From Nautiliaceae bacterium (GTDB lineage Bacteria > Campylobacterota > Campylobacteria > Campylobacterales > Nautiliaceae), in the NCBI GenBank assembly GCA_039831155.1, contig JBDONT010000041.1, forward strand, positions 27,974 through 91,973: a DNA stretch of 64,000 bases, given 5' to 3'. The notes under the pieces are model-generated. The model was not told the DNA's origin, made no database searches, and was given only the letters and a program-made list of their open reading frames with translations. Numbering within the stretch: position 1 is the stretch's first letter; every line of letters starts with the position of its first letter. Below, piece after piece: positions 9,401 through 18,463 of this stretch. The position numbers were made by a program, and so were the translations under genes.

Positions 9401-10003
9401 AGAAGTTGGGGAAGAGTATTGGATAACGAGGTAAAATTCGAATATGAGAAAACATTGGATAAAAATGATTCTATGTTTTATGTTGCTTTTTCTATAGGTT
9501 ATTTGGATGGAGAAAATGTAAATGAAAACGAAAAATATGAAATAAATTTATTTCCTTTAAAGTATTGGGGAAATAATATTTTGGATTATGATTACTTAGG
9601 ACTCTTTAGTATGGTTCAAATATATAAACATAATGAAAATAGCTTTTTATATTATAGAGGGGGATATTTTTCTCCTAAAAGTTTTTTTCTATTTGCACCT
9701 AGATATGAAGGGTATGCGTTTGACGATGAAAAACAACTGGGAGTTAAAGCGTTTATAATGGGTGGTCCTCTTTTTTATGATGAGGATAACGCTCAAATGT
9801 CGTTAGCTTTGGAAGCCGGTATTTATGCTAAATATATTTTATCCGATTCTATCGTTTTAAAAGGAGGAGCGGATTTGAGACGTTCGGGAGATTATACCGA
9901 TGTGTATGTTAATTTTGCTTTACAATATTATTTCGGAAAAAAATTGTATATTACGAAATCAGAATTAAATCATAATATGAAGGAGATGTTAAGAACATGG
10001 TAA
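6464..10003 (+). CDS. bcsC: Cellulose export protein BcsC-like: N-terminal SPOR-like domain(s), TPR array, C-terminal beta-barrel
   Basis: Signal peptide; many TPR-like repeats; GGYFSP barrel motif; C-terminal extension ending in Trp. Confidence 0.85.
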   Translation: MKKVVLLICVIVELFAYSLVVNDKSDANKLKKAGMNCVLDKNNNYYRCATSNDIAQLKRIQQYIAKTYKINAFIAQDSDTANMVDVKKITSPLKKRSNKKLKTTDIKKTGWCLQISSSTSKNSILRIFKKYRDYPLARVEKIGGYYVLRIGEGSYSDIISLKDEINKGIVRKCDYIPQRIVISNVESNSLDNKPALKITQAKSIEKKIINKVSDQNGSKGDDQGVLISRMYKALNAGDLITAKNIAGGLIDTNPQDAYNVLGIVSMKMGKWDKACEYLKKTSNKKLADTACYTYNLKAGYSYLQKNPSVALEFFQNAQTYKNNKDVLLGMGYAYLNMNQLSKALEIFQSLYEKYPNDKAVIGGYIAALYNAKDYNKLEELKRKLPADYASLFKKYDTYIALNKVNELLKKKKYMQAESILLDLYKKNPDNVNVLLTLGNLYFQTNQLDKAENFYNNVLLINSDNIYALQGLRGIAAKRGDFKKALEYSDKLRALGIDVDDTKIKSLYYLRLARESMKAKDCQNAYKYATLAKKEDETLAEAYMILGDYYTFCQKDKRRAFLNYEKGYQYAKNNFDMKLKFLYSLLHYDMFTQIKIVLETIDPSKLTPVQKEDLRKFYSALYVKFASYKFKNKEYKTAIKVCEEGLKYDSANPALYEIAGWSCFRLKNYKCAKDYFQKSVALSNSEKTKYALALAYLNLGEKEKAVKILDSIASTKDPDLRVKIADAYVSLGEVSKAERLLKSIRIKTRSVQPQYTPQDVPVPIIKKQDNGEFFPDVLDSKANDLFYKKTVLMSINDLKPVYVKNKYTSKLKEEYQELQEKILLSKSNYLNNVEVGLNLRTKSGTTGLGQLSDLLFYFKGDYFLGTKKKIYAKLGFLNLSSGNVENYAQVGASGGYFIDDWLTDYTGFMPKIGFSYSGEKIFNIELGTTPIGDNPISYAYVGRLAVGARKKSEKYLLTFSRSAVKDSILSYVGNNDPYSDRSWGRVLDNEVKFEYEKTLDKNDSMFYVAFSIGYLDGENVNENEKYEINLFPLKYWGNNILDYDYLGLFSMVQIYKHNENSFLYYRGGYFSPKSFFLFAPRYEGYAFDDEKQLGVKAFIMGGPLFYDEDNAQMSLALEAGIYAKYILSDSIVLKGGADLRRSGDYTDVYVNFALQYYFGKKLYITKSELNHNMKEMLRTW

Positions 10004-10728
10004 TACCTATAGTTTCGTTAAAAGGTGGAGTTGGAAAGTCAACGGTTTCTATAAATTTATCCGATATGTTGGCTTTGGAAGAAAAAACTATCTTAATAGA
10101 TACGGATCAACAAAACAGTATAGCTTCGTTGTTTTGTAAAAGATATAAAGCCGGATTTTCCGAGTTGATTTTTGAAGAAGCTAAGCTAGACGATGTGATT
10201 ATGGAAATAGAAGAAAATAAAAATTTACATATTATTCCTACTGGAAGGTACGTAATAGAACATCCTATTATTTATGAAGAAGAATTTCATTCCGAAAAAT
10301 TGAAAAAAATTATTGTAGAACTTGAAAAAAGATATAAATATTTGATATTCGATACTTCACCTAGGATATCTAAGCCTGTTATTTCTTTATTAGGTGTTGC
10401 TGATTTTTTTATTATCGTGATTACACCTGATCCGGCAAGTGTCGCTTCTTTAAAAATCTTTTTGGAAACTTTAGAGGAAAAGAATATAACGGCTGACTAT
10501 TCCATAATAGTAAACGGTATGCAACCGGATCAAATTTCGGAAGACTTTTTTGCTTTTATTCAAGCTATTTCTCATAATAATATTTTAGGTACCCTTCCTA
10601 GAGACGGGACGGTTTTGGAGGCTGCGGGAGAATGTACGACCGTTAGATTGTATGATGATACTAGTGCTTTTGCTAAAAATATAGAAAAAGTGGTTGTAAA
10701 TTTGAAAAAAAGGTTACAAAATTTGTAA
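9997..10728 (+). CDS. bcsQ: ParA/MinD-family ATPase, BcsQ-like
   Basis: Deviant Walker A KGGVGKST, DTDQQN, FDTSP; overlaps the bcsC end. Confidence 0.75.
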   Translation: MVIPIVSLKGGVGKSTVSINLSDMLALEEKTILIDTDQQNSIASLFCKRYKAGFSELIFEEAKLDDVIMEIEENKNLHIIPTGRYVIEHPIIYEEEFHSEKLKKIIVELEKRYKYLIFDTSPRISKPVISLLGVADFFIIVITPDPASVASLKIFLETLEEKNITADYSIIVNGMQPDQISEDFFAFIQAISHNNILGTLPRDGTVLEAAGECTTVRLYDDTSAFAKNIEKVVVNLKKRLQNL

Positions 10729-11035
10729 AAAAGCGGCGATTTTAATAAAGGACGGTTTTTTAAGCGGATATCCGTCCGATTTATTAATAGGAGAAAAAGT
10801 TTATAAAGATTATGATTTAAAATTTATATGTGAAATAAAAAAAGTTAATATTGTCATAGGTACTTATATGCCAAGTGGGCTTATTAAGAAATTGAGGGAT
10901 AAGGGTGTTATGTTTTTGAAAATAAACTCTTTAAACGAACTTGATGGATTTGATTATGATATAATCGTTCCGAAAGAGTTTAATATAAAAAGAGGGTGGG
11001 GATGTGCCAAGGGATTTAAATTTAAAGGAGAATAA
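10721..11035 (+). CDS. Unlisted ORF (about 104 codons), weakly NifB/NifX (FeMo-co binding)-like; start uncertain (ATT 10721 or ATG 10868)
   Basis: Stop-free frame filling the bcsQ-11035 gap; its TAA overlaps the next ATG (TAATG); VNIVIGTYMPSGLIKKLRDKGV segment. Confidence 0.5.
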   Translation: MCKKAAILIKDGFLSGYPSDLLIGEKVYKDYDLKFICEIKKVNIVIGTYMPSGLIKKLRDKGVMFLKINSLNELDGFDYDIIVPKEFNIKRGWGCAKGFKFKGE

Positions 11036-11223
11036 TGGAAAAGTTAAATCAAGCGGTAGAAAAAATTAAAAATAGTGATTTAAATGATTTTGAAAAAGAG
11101 AATGTTATTAATCATTTAGTTGAATGGTATAACGAAAAGAAAAGTTTAGCTTATATTGAAGAAAAGCTGGAAGAAGTTTGGGAAAAAATTCTTCCTATCT
11201 TAAATGAAGCAGGATTAATCTAA
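11035..11223 (+). CDS. Small helical hypothetical protein (62 aa)
   Basis: SD AAGGAG; amphipathic helical sequence. Confidence 0.7.
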   Translation: MEKLNQAVEKIKNSDLNDFEKENVINHLVEWYNEKKSLAYIEEKLEEVWEKILPILNEAGLI

Positions 11224-12638
11224 CGAATAATCACTGCTTTTATTTCCGTCATATCTTCAATTGCAAATTTTGGACCTTCTCTTCCGATTCCACTTAATTT
11301 AACTCCACCGTAAGGCTGAATATCAAATCTTAATGTCGGAATGTCGTTTATAACAACTCCTCCGGCTTCAAAATCATCAATAGCCCTTTGCATTAAATCG
11401 ATTCTGTTACTAAACATTGAATATTGAAGTCCGTATGGGGAATTGTTCATTTTTTCTACGGCTTCATCGTAATTTTTTACTTTTACTAAACTAACAATCG
11501 GGGCAAAAACCTCTTCGCATACGATTTTCATATCATCTGTAACATCTGCTAGAATGGTTGGTTCTAGGATGTTTCCTTTTCTTTTTCCACCGGCTATGAT
11601 TCTGGCACCTTCTTTTACTGCACTTTGAATCCAGTTTTCCGCTCTTATTGCCGCTTCTTCATTAATTAAAGGTCCCATAAACGTATCTTCGTCAAACGGA
11701 TTTCCAACTTTTAGTTTGCTTGCCTCTTTTCCTAATTTTTCTGCAAATTCATAATAAATTTTTTCATCTACATAAATTCTTTGAAGAGAGATACAAACTT
11801 GCCCACTGTTTGCAAACGCTCCAATTGCACATCTTGTGGCTGCGTGGTCTAAGTCTGCCGTGCTTTCTACGAACGTTGCCGCGTTTCCACCTAGTTCTAG
11901 GGTTACTTTTTTAATTCCGGCACTTTGAAGGATAATTTTTCCAACCGGTACGCTTCCGGTAAATGATATTTTTCTAGGAATCGGGCTTGTAACAAGAGTA
12001 CTTCCGACATCTGCATCTCCATATACTACGCTTAGTGCATCCGGAATTGCATATTCGCTGTCTATAAAGAGTTTAGCAAAAGCATAAGCCGTATAAGGAG
12101 CTTCGGGGGTTGGTTTAAGTACAACGCTGTTACCTGCAATTAGTGCCGGGGCTAGTTTATGAGCTACCAGATTTAAAGGAAAGTTAAAAGGCGTAATAGC
12201 CACTACTACACCAACCGGTACTCTTTTATAAAATGAAGTTGTTTTAAATCCGCTAGGCGTTGCGTCCGTAGGAATTGTCTCTCCTATGATTCTATATCCT
12301 TCAGCCGCACATATTTTTAGGTTTTCTATACATCTTTGAACTTCAATTTTTGCTTGTGAGATTGGTTTTGCCACTTCAAGCGTTATATATTTTGCAAACT
12401 CCTCTTTTTTTTCTTCAAGTTTTTTGGCAACATCCTCAATCCACGCAATTCTTTGTGAAAGATTTGATTTTTTTGTATTTTCAAAAGCTTTTTTTGCTAC
12501 TTCAAGGGCTTTTTTAGCATCTTCAACGGAGCATTTTACGTATTTTGTGGTTACTTTTTTTGTATAAGGGTTTATAATCTCTTCAACTTCTCCGTCAAAC
12601 TCTTTTGAGCCTATGAGTTTTTTTGCTATCAATTCCAT
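11220..12638 (-). CDS. NAD(P)-dependent aldehyde dehydrogenase
   Basis: ITPFNFP, FTGS, LELGGN, GQVCIS (catalytic Cys), EEVFAP. Confidence 0.95.
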   Translation of the reverse strand: MELIAKKLIGSKEFDGEVEEIINPYTKKVTTKYVKCSVEDAKKALEVAKKAFENTKKSNLSQRIAWIEDVAKKLEEKKEEFAKYITLEVAKPISQAKIEVQRCIENLKICAAEGYRIIGETIPTDATPSGFKTTSFYKRVPVGVVVAITPFNFPLNLVAHKLAPALIAGNSVVLKPTPEAPYTAYAFAKLFIDSEYAIPDALSVVYGDADVGSTLVTSPIPRKISFTGSVPVGKIILQSAGIKKVTLELGGNAATFVESTADLDHAATRCAIGAFANSGQVCISLQRIYVDEKIYYEFAEKLGKEASKLKVGNPFDEDTFMGPLINEEAAIRAENWIQSAVKEGARIIAGGKRKGNILEPTILADVTDDMKIVCEEVFAPIVSLVKVKNYDEAVEKMNNSPYGLQYSMFSNRIDLMQRAIDDFEAGGVVINDIPTLRFDIQPYGGVKLSGIGREGPKFAIEDMTEIKAVIIR

Positions 12639-12713
12639 CTTCTCTCCTTTATTGGTATTGTAGTAATAATATCAAATTTTTGATAAAATTATCCCAAAAA
12701 AGGATTATAAATT

Positions 12714-13628
12714 ATGAATGAGGCAAAATTTATCTGGATGGACGGGGAATTTATTCCTTGGAGTGAAGCTAAAGTTCACGTTTTAACCCATACTCTTCAT
12801 TACGGAAACGGTGTTTTTGAGGGTACAAGAGCTTATCAAACGGAAGAGGGACTTGCGATTTTTAGACTTCAAGACCATATAAAAAGACTTTTAAATTCTG
12901 CAAAAATCGTAAAAATAGATGTTCCTTTTTCTCAAGAAGAACTTGAAGAATCTCAACTTGAACTGCTAAGACGCAATGAATTTAAAGGAAACGTTTACAT
13001 AAGACCTCTTATATTTTTAGGGTATGGAAAAATGGGGCTTTATCATATAGGAGCACCTGTTCATGTAAGTATTGCCGCTTGGGAGTGGGGTGCTTATCTT
13101 GGAGAAGAGGGGCTTGAAAAAGGTATTAGAGTAAAAGTGTCTTCAATTGTTAGAAATCCGGTAAAATCGACATTTGGTAAAGCAAAAGCTGTTGCTAATT
13201 ATCTAAATTCGCAAATGGCAAAATTTGAAGCAGTAGAAGCCGGATATGAAGAGGCTTTAATGCTTGATGATGAAGGGTTTATAGCAGAAGGTAGTGGGGA
13301 GTGTTTTTTTATTGTAAGAGACGGGGTTTTAATTACTCCTCCAAATGACAATTCTCTTGAATCGATTACTCAAGCGACCGTTCTTGAACTTGCAAGAGAT
13401 AGAGGAATTCCTGTTGAGAGAAGAAGAATTACAAGAGATGAGGTTTATATTGCGGATGAGGCGTTCTTTACCGGTACGGCTGCAGAAGTTACTCCGATTA
13501 GAGAGGTTGACGGAAGAATTATCGGAAGCGGTAAAAGAGGAGAAATTACAAAAGAACTTCAAGACGCTTATTTTGACGTAGTATATGGAAGAGACAAAAA
13601 CTATAAACACTATTTAACTTATATCTAA
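12714..13628 (+). CDS. ilvE: Branched-chain amino acid aminotransferase
   Basis: LHYGNGVFEG, YIRP, AKAVANY, EGSGE, FFTGTAAEVTP. Confidence 0.96.
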   Translation: MNEAKFIWMDGEFIPWSEAKVHVLTHTLHYGNGVFEGTRAYQTEEGLAIFRLQDHIKRLLNSAKIVKIDVPFSQEELEESQLELLRRNEFKGNVYIRPLIFLGYGKMGLYHIGAPVHVSIAAWEWGAYLGEEGLEKGIRVKVSSIVRNPVKSTFGKAKAVANYLNSQMAKFEAVEAGYEEALMLDDEGFIAEGSGECFFIVRDGVLITPPNDNSLESITQATVLELARDRGIPVERRRITRDEVYIADEAFFTGTAAEVTPIREVDGRIIGSGKRGEITKELQDAYFDVVYGRDKNYKHYLTYI

Positions 13629-13689
13629 TAAAAAAAGGATAAAATCTTTTAAGAGATTTTTTCTCTTAATTTATATTGAAAGGAAATGA

Positions 13690-14757
13690 ATGCCGGCAGA
13701 CTTAAACGGTTGGATGAATAACAACAATAAAAACAGTTCAAACTCTAATAATGAGCATCCTAAATTCGAACCTCCTAAATTTATTCAAGGTGGAAGTGGA
13801 TTTGGAATAGTTATAGTTGCTTTTTTAGTAATATTCGGTTTAATGTTTAAACCGTGGGTTATTGTAAATGAAGGAGAGGTTGGGATTTTATCTACAACCG
13901 GTAAATTTTCTCCGGAACCTTTAAATCCGGGTCTTCATTTTTACGTACCTATCGTTCAGAAGGTTATTTTAGTGGATACCAAGGTTCATATGATTAGTTA
14001 TAAAAGAAATCAAGAGTTAGGTACTATGCCGGATAGATACGGGACTATAAAAGTGTATCCGGCTATTAACGTACTTGATGCAAGAGGTCTTCCTATTACG
14101 GTAGAGTTGTCAGTCAGTTACAGACTAAATCCTAGAGAAGCCGCTTATGTGGTAAAGACTTACGGGCTTAACTGGGAAGATAAAATTATAAATCCTATCG
14201 TAAGGGATGTCGTAAGAAACGTAATAGGTAAATACCCGGCTGAAGAGTTGCCTACTAAAAGAAACGAAATTGCAGCCAGAATTGAAAATCAAATAAGAGA
14301 ACAGTTATTAAAAATTGACCATAAACCGGTGATTTTCGAAAGTTTTCAGTTAAGAGATATTATTTTGCCTGAAAATATCAAAAGACAAATCGAAAGAGTT
14401 CAAATCGCAAAACAAGAATCTGAAAGAGCCAAATATGAAGTTTTAAGGGCAAAACAGGAGGCTGAAAGAAAAGCGGCTATAGCAAAAGGTATAGCAGACG
14501 CTAAAAAAATTGAAGCTCAAGGTAAAGCGGAAGCTATGCTTATAGAGTCAAAAGCCCAGGCTAAAGCAAATAAAATTATAAGCGAATCTTTAACTAACAA
14601 TTTATTAAAACTAAAAGCACTTGAAGTGCAAAATAAATTTAATGAAGCTTTAAAAGTAAATAGAGATGCTAAAATTTTCTTAACGCCAGGTGGTGCTGTG
14701 CCTAATATTTGGATGAATATTGACGATAAGAAAAAAGCAATATCTACGGCTAAATAA
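13690..14757 (+). CDS. SPFH/prohibitin (band 7) family membrane protein
   Basis: N-terminal TM, PGLHF motif, C-terminal AE/AKG coiled coil. Confidence 0.92.
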   Translation: MPADLNGWMNNNNKNSSNSNNEHPKFEPPKFIQGGSGFGIVIVAFLVIFGLMFKPWVIVNEGEVGILSTTGKFSPEPLNPGLHFYVPIVQKVILVDTKVHMISYKRNQELGTMPDRYGTIKVYPAINVLDARGLPITVELSVSYRLNPREAAYVVKTYGLNWEDKIINPIVRDVVRNVIGKYPAEELPTKRNEIAARIENQIREQLLKIDHKPVIFESFQLRDIILPENIKRQIERVQIAKQESERAKYEVLRAKQEAERKAAIAKGIADAKKIEAQGKAEAMLIESKAQAKANKIISESLTNNLLKLKALEVQNKFNEALKVNRDAKIFLTPGGAVPNIWMNIDDKKKAISTAK

Positions 14758-14765
14758 GGACTAAA

Positions 14766-15425
14766 ATGGTAGATTTTAAAAAAAACGGAGGCCTTGTTCC
14801 CGTTATCGTTCAGGATGTGGATACAAATGAAGTTTTAATGCTGGCTTATATGAATGAAGAAGCGTTAGAACTTACAAAAAAAACCGGTTTTGCCCACTAT
14901 TTTTCAAGAAGCAGAAACAAACTGTGGAAAAAGGGAGAAAGCAGTGGGCATACTCAAGAGGTAAAAGATATTTTAATAGACTGCGATAACGATACTATTT
15001 TATTAAAAGTTAAACAAAACGGAGTCGCTTGTCATACGGGTAGAAAGTCTTGTTTTTTTACCAGACTTGAAAATAATGAAGTTATACTCGACAAAGAAAA
15101 AGAAATAGAGTATAATTTCATTGATAAGCTGTATCATACACTGCTTGATAGAAAAAATGCCGACCCACAAACTTCATATGTTTCTTCTTTATACCACAAA
15201 GGTGAAAATTCACTTCTTAAAAAGGTAGCGGAAGAAGCTGCTGAATTTTGTTTTGCAGTAAAAGATGATAATAAAAAAGAGATTATTTATGAAGCGGCAG
15301 ACCTTGCTTTTCATACTTTAATCGCTCTTGCTTTAAAAAATATTCACCCGGAAGCCATTTTAGAAGAGCTTAAAAGAAGAGAGGGTGTAAGTGGAATAGA
15401 AGAGAAAAGGAATCGTAAAAAATGA
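14766..15425 (+). CDS. hisIE: Phosphoribosyl-AMP cyclohydrolase / phosphoribosyl-ATP pyrophosphatase
   Basis: [37 protein letters not shown]. Confidence 0.96.
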   Translation: MVDFKKNGGLVPVIVQDVDTNEVLMLAYMNEEALELTKKTGFAHYFSRSRNKLWKKGESSGHTQEVKDILIDCDNDTILLKVKQNGVACHTGRKSCFFTRLENNEVILDKEKEIEYNFIDKLYHTLLDRKNADPQTSYVSSLYHKGENSLLKKVAEEAAEFCFAVKDDNKKEIIYEAADLAFHTLIALALKNIHPEAILEELKRREGVSGIEEKRNRKK

Positions 15426-15973
15426 TTCCTTATTTTACTATTCTGCACTGGCTTGATATTGTATTTTTTTTAGTTTTATTTATATTTTTAGTTATTATCT
15501 CCGTTAAAGCTGCAAATAACAACACAAAACTGCTTGTTAGTATGATATTCGCTTCTTTTTTGGTTACGGCATTCGGAGCGGTTTTGGGGTTGATTGTTTT
15601 AGAAAAGTATACGAAAAAAGCAAAACTTTTGGATATAAAACAAAGAAGGGTTTTGCTTAATGAAACTTTAGTTTTAAAAGGTAGAGTTAAAAATATAGGT
15701 AAGTTTAAAATTAATTACTGTAAGCTGGAAATTAAGCTGGTTAATAACGGCTGGGGTGGAGGTTTTACGAAGGGGACTTTTTTTAAACCTGGTGGATTAA
15801 ATATCTTCGGAAGTAAAGATAAAGCCCAGGCAAGACCAAACACCATAAAAGCTACGAGGGTTATTATTAAAGACGGATTATTGCCGGGAGAAATTAAAAA
15901 CTTCTCTGCGACAATTCCATATCCTCCGTATTTTAAAAACACTTACTTAAACTATAAACTCTACTGTCATTGA
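15422..15973 (+). CDS. DUF2393-like membrane protein
   Basis: Two N-terminal TMs, G.V.N.G...C pattern with C-terminal Cys; usual Campylobacterota position near the SPFH gene. Confidence 0.7.
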   Translation: MIPYFTILHWLDIVFFLVLFIFLVIISVKAANNNTKLLVSMIFASFLVTAFGAVLGLIVLEKYTKKAKLLDIKQRRVLLNETLVLKGRVKNIGKFKINYCKLEIKLVNNGWGGGFTKGTFFKPGGLNIFGSKDKAQARPNTIKATRVIIKDGLLPGEIKNFSATIPYPPYFKNTYLNYKLYCH

Positions 15974-16002
15974 GTTGTAAAATTATAAAAATAAGGGAAA
16001 AA

Positions 16003-17403
16003 ATGACATTTAAAGATTTTAATTTAAAAGAAGAATTATTAAGAAGATTAGAAGAGATTGGATTTGAAAAACCGAGTCCAATTCAAGAAAAAGCCATTCC
16101 TATGGTATTAGAGGGTAAAGATATAGTAGCTCAAGCTCAAACCGGTACCGGTAAAACCGCCGCTTTTGGACTTCCTATTCTTAATATGCTAAAAAAAGCT
16201 CAAAAGGCTTTAATTATTACACCTACCCGTGAGCTTGCTATTCAAGTTAGCGAAGAGATATTTAGATTCGGAAAATATTTGGGAATTCACACTGCAACCG
16301 TTTATGGAGGAAGCAGTTATTCAAGACAAATTAACCATATTAAAAACTCTGAAGTAATAGTTGCGACTCCGGGAAGACTTATTGACCTTTTAAGCAGTGG
16401 TAAAATTGATATTTCTCCGGAATATGTAGTGTTGGATGAGGCGGATGAAATGCTTGATATGGGGTTTTTGGATGATATTAAAGAGATTTTTAAATATGTA
16501 CCAAATGACAGACAAACACTTCTATTTAGTGCGACTATGCCAAAACCAATCTTAGCTCTTGCAAAAAGCATTTTAAAAGAGCCGGAATTTATAAAAATTA
16601 CAAAAAAAGAAGTCACAAACGAAAATATTAAAGAGTTTTTTTACGTAATTGACGAACACGAAAGAAACGACGCTTTAATAAGATTAATCGATTATAAACA
16701 GCCGAATAAAGCAATTGTATTTTGTAGAACAAAAAAAGATGTTGATTTGGTAGCCGAATTTTTAAGCGGAGTGGGATTTGATGCAAAAGGTCTTCACGGC
16801 GATATGGACCAGAGAAAAAGAGAAGAGGTGATAAAAGGCTTTAAAGGTAATAAAATAGAAATACTTGTAGCAACCGATGTAGCTGCAAGAGGGCTTGATG
16901 TAAATGATGTAACTCACGTATTTAATTATCATCTACCACTTGACCCGGAAAGTTATGTTCATAGAATAGGAAGAACCGGAAGAGCCGGAAAAGAAGGTAT
17001 GGCAGTTTCTCTTGTAACTCCTCACGAATTTAGAGCACTTAGTAAAATTCAAAAAATTTCTAAAATAGAATTAAAAGAAGTTCCGACATTAGAAGACGTT
17101 AAAAACACTGAAATTCAAAAAATACTTGAAAAAATCAGCTCAATTGAGCCGAACGACAAATCAATAGAAATCGTGGAAGTTTTACAAAACGATTTTGATT
17201 TGTTTACAATCGCAATTAAATTTGCGAGTATGTTATTCGAAAAAGAATCTGACGGAAAAGAAAAAATCGGTAAAAGTCTAAAAGAAGCCAAAAGGCTGCT
17301 TGAGAGAAGCCAAAATTCTAAAAGTGGAAACGACAGAGACAGAAGAAGAGGTAGAAGAGGAAACTTTAGAAGCGGCAGAAACTCTAGAGGTAGAAGAAGA
17401 TAG
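16003..17403 (+). CDS. DEAD-box RNA helicase
   Basis: Q motif, AQTGTGKT, PTRELA, DEAD, SAT, HRIGRTGRAG; RG-rich tail; likely ATG at 16003. Confidence 0.96.
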   Translation: MTFKDFNLKEELLRRLEEIGFEKPSPIQEKAIPMVLEGKDIVAQAQTGTGKTAAFGLPILNMLKKAQKALIITPTRELAIQVSEEIFRFGKYLGIHTATVYGGSSYSRQINHIKNSEVIVATPGRLIDLLSSGKIDISPEYVVLDEADEMLDMGFLDDIKEIFKYVPNDRQTLLFSATMPKPILALAKSILKEPEFIKITKKEVTNENIKEFFYVIDEHERNDALIRLIDYKQPNKAIVFCRTKKDVDLVAEFLSGVGFDAKGLHGDMDQRKREEVIKGFKGNKIEILVATDVAARGLDVNDVTHVFNYHLPLDPESYVHRIGRTGRAGKEGMAVSLVTPHEFRALSKIQKISKIELKEVPTLEDVKNTEIQKILEKISSIEPNDKSIEIVEVLQNDFDLFTIAIKFASMLFEKESDGKEKIGKSLKEAKRLLERSQNSKSGNDRDRRRGRRGNFRSGRNSRGRRR

Positions 17404-17407
17404 TCTT

Positions 17408-17800
17408 CTACTTTTTTAATACGTGTTTATCTAAAACCACACATCCAAAAAGCCCTTCGAATACTTTAATATCATTTAATTTTCCTACAACTTTAATTTC
17501 GTGTTTTCTTTTGTCTTTTAATATCGTTTCACTTTCAAATTCAACTATGTCTCCAACCTTAACCGGTGCCATAAATTCACACTGACTTCTAACAAGCACT
17601 ACAAACGGTTCGTTTACCGTAGCCATTGCACAAAAATCTGCAGCTCCGAACGTAAATCCTCCGTGAATAAGTCCCTCTTCATCAACTGCCATATCTTCTG
17701 TGGCTTCTAGCCTTACTTTTGCACTACCTTCTTTTATTTCTATGAGTTGACCGAATTTTTTATTAAATTTTAAGTGAGTGTTTAATTGAGGTGCTTCCAT
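17408..17800 (-). CDS. Hotdog-fold thioesterase (PaaI-like)
   Basis: GLIHGGFTFGAAD motif. Confidence 0.9.
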   Translation of the reverse strand: MEAPQLNTHLKFNKKFGQLIEIKEGSAKVRLEATEDMAVDEEGLIHGGFTFGAADFCAMATVNEPFVVLVRSQCEFMAPVKVGDIVEFESETILKDKRKHEIKVVGKLNDIKVFEGLFGCVVLDKHVLKK

Positions 17801-18418
17801 CTATTCTCCTATCAGTTTTTTTATTATTTTATCTAAATCGGTTTGAATAAATAAAGGGGAAAATTGTTTCATATAAGGATGAGAGGTTGTAAAATAGCTT
17901 TTATCAAAAAGATTTATCGCAAATTCATAAGGGATATTGTTTTGGTCTAAATAGAATTTATTTAATAAAAAGTCGTTTATCATTCCTAGTTTACTGCCTA
18001 TTATAAGCAGAAGTTTGGCGTTAAAAAATTTTACAAAATCTACCATTTTAAACTCGTCTTTTACCGGTACTAAAATTCCTCCGGCTCCTTCAATAAGCAG
18101 TATATCGCATAGAGGTTTTATTTTGTTATAGGCTTTTTTTATTTTTTCAAAGTCTACTTCTCCACTCACATAAGGGGCTGCCGGGAGTTTGTGTAGGATT
18201 GGGACTATATCGTTTAAAGAGATAGAATTAAAATCCGGATTTAAGGACTTAACGGTATTTAGGAGTTTTAGACCGTCTTGGGGATGGTTTTCAACTCCGG
18301 TTTCAATAGGTTTAAAGGCTCCTACTTTATATCCTTTTTTTGCCAGTGCTTTTAATAATAAAACGGTTGAATGGGTTTTTCCTTGATTTGTGTTGTTTGC
18401 AGATATAAAAATATTCAT
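17801..18418 (-). CDS. bioD: Dethiobiotin synthetase
   Basis: NTNQGKT P-loop, KPIETG, IEGAGG, LGMIN. Confidence 0.93.
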   Translation of the reverse strand: MNIFISANNTNQGKTHSTVLLLKALAKKGYKVGAFKPIETGVENHPQDGLKLLNTVKSLNPDFNSISLNDIVPILHKLPAAPYVSGEVDFEKIKKAYNKIKPLCDILLIEGAGGILVPVKDEFKMVDFVKFFNAKLLLIIGSKLGMINDFLLNKFYLDQNNIPYEFAINLFDKSYFTTSHPYMKQFSPLFIQTDLDKIIKKLIGE

Positions 18419-18463
18419 CTCTCTCCTTTAAAGTGATATAATAATTATAGCAAAGGAGATTTT

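Noticed and set aside
13711-13752. Asn-rich low-complexity N-terminus of the SPFH protein
   Set aside because: Ordinary disordered leader; no exact DNA repeat unit
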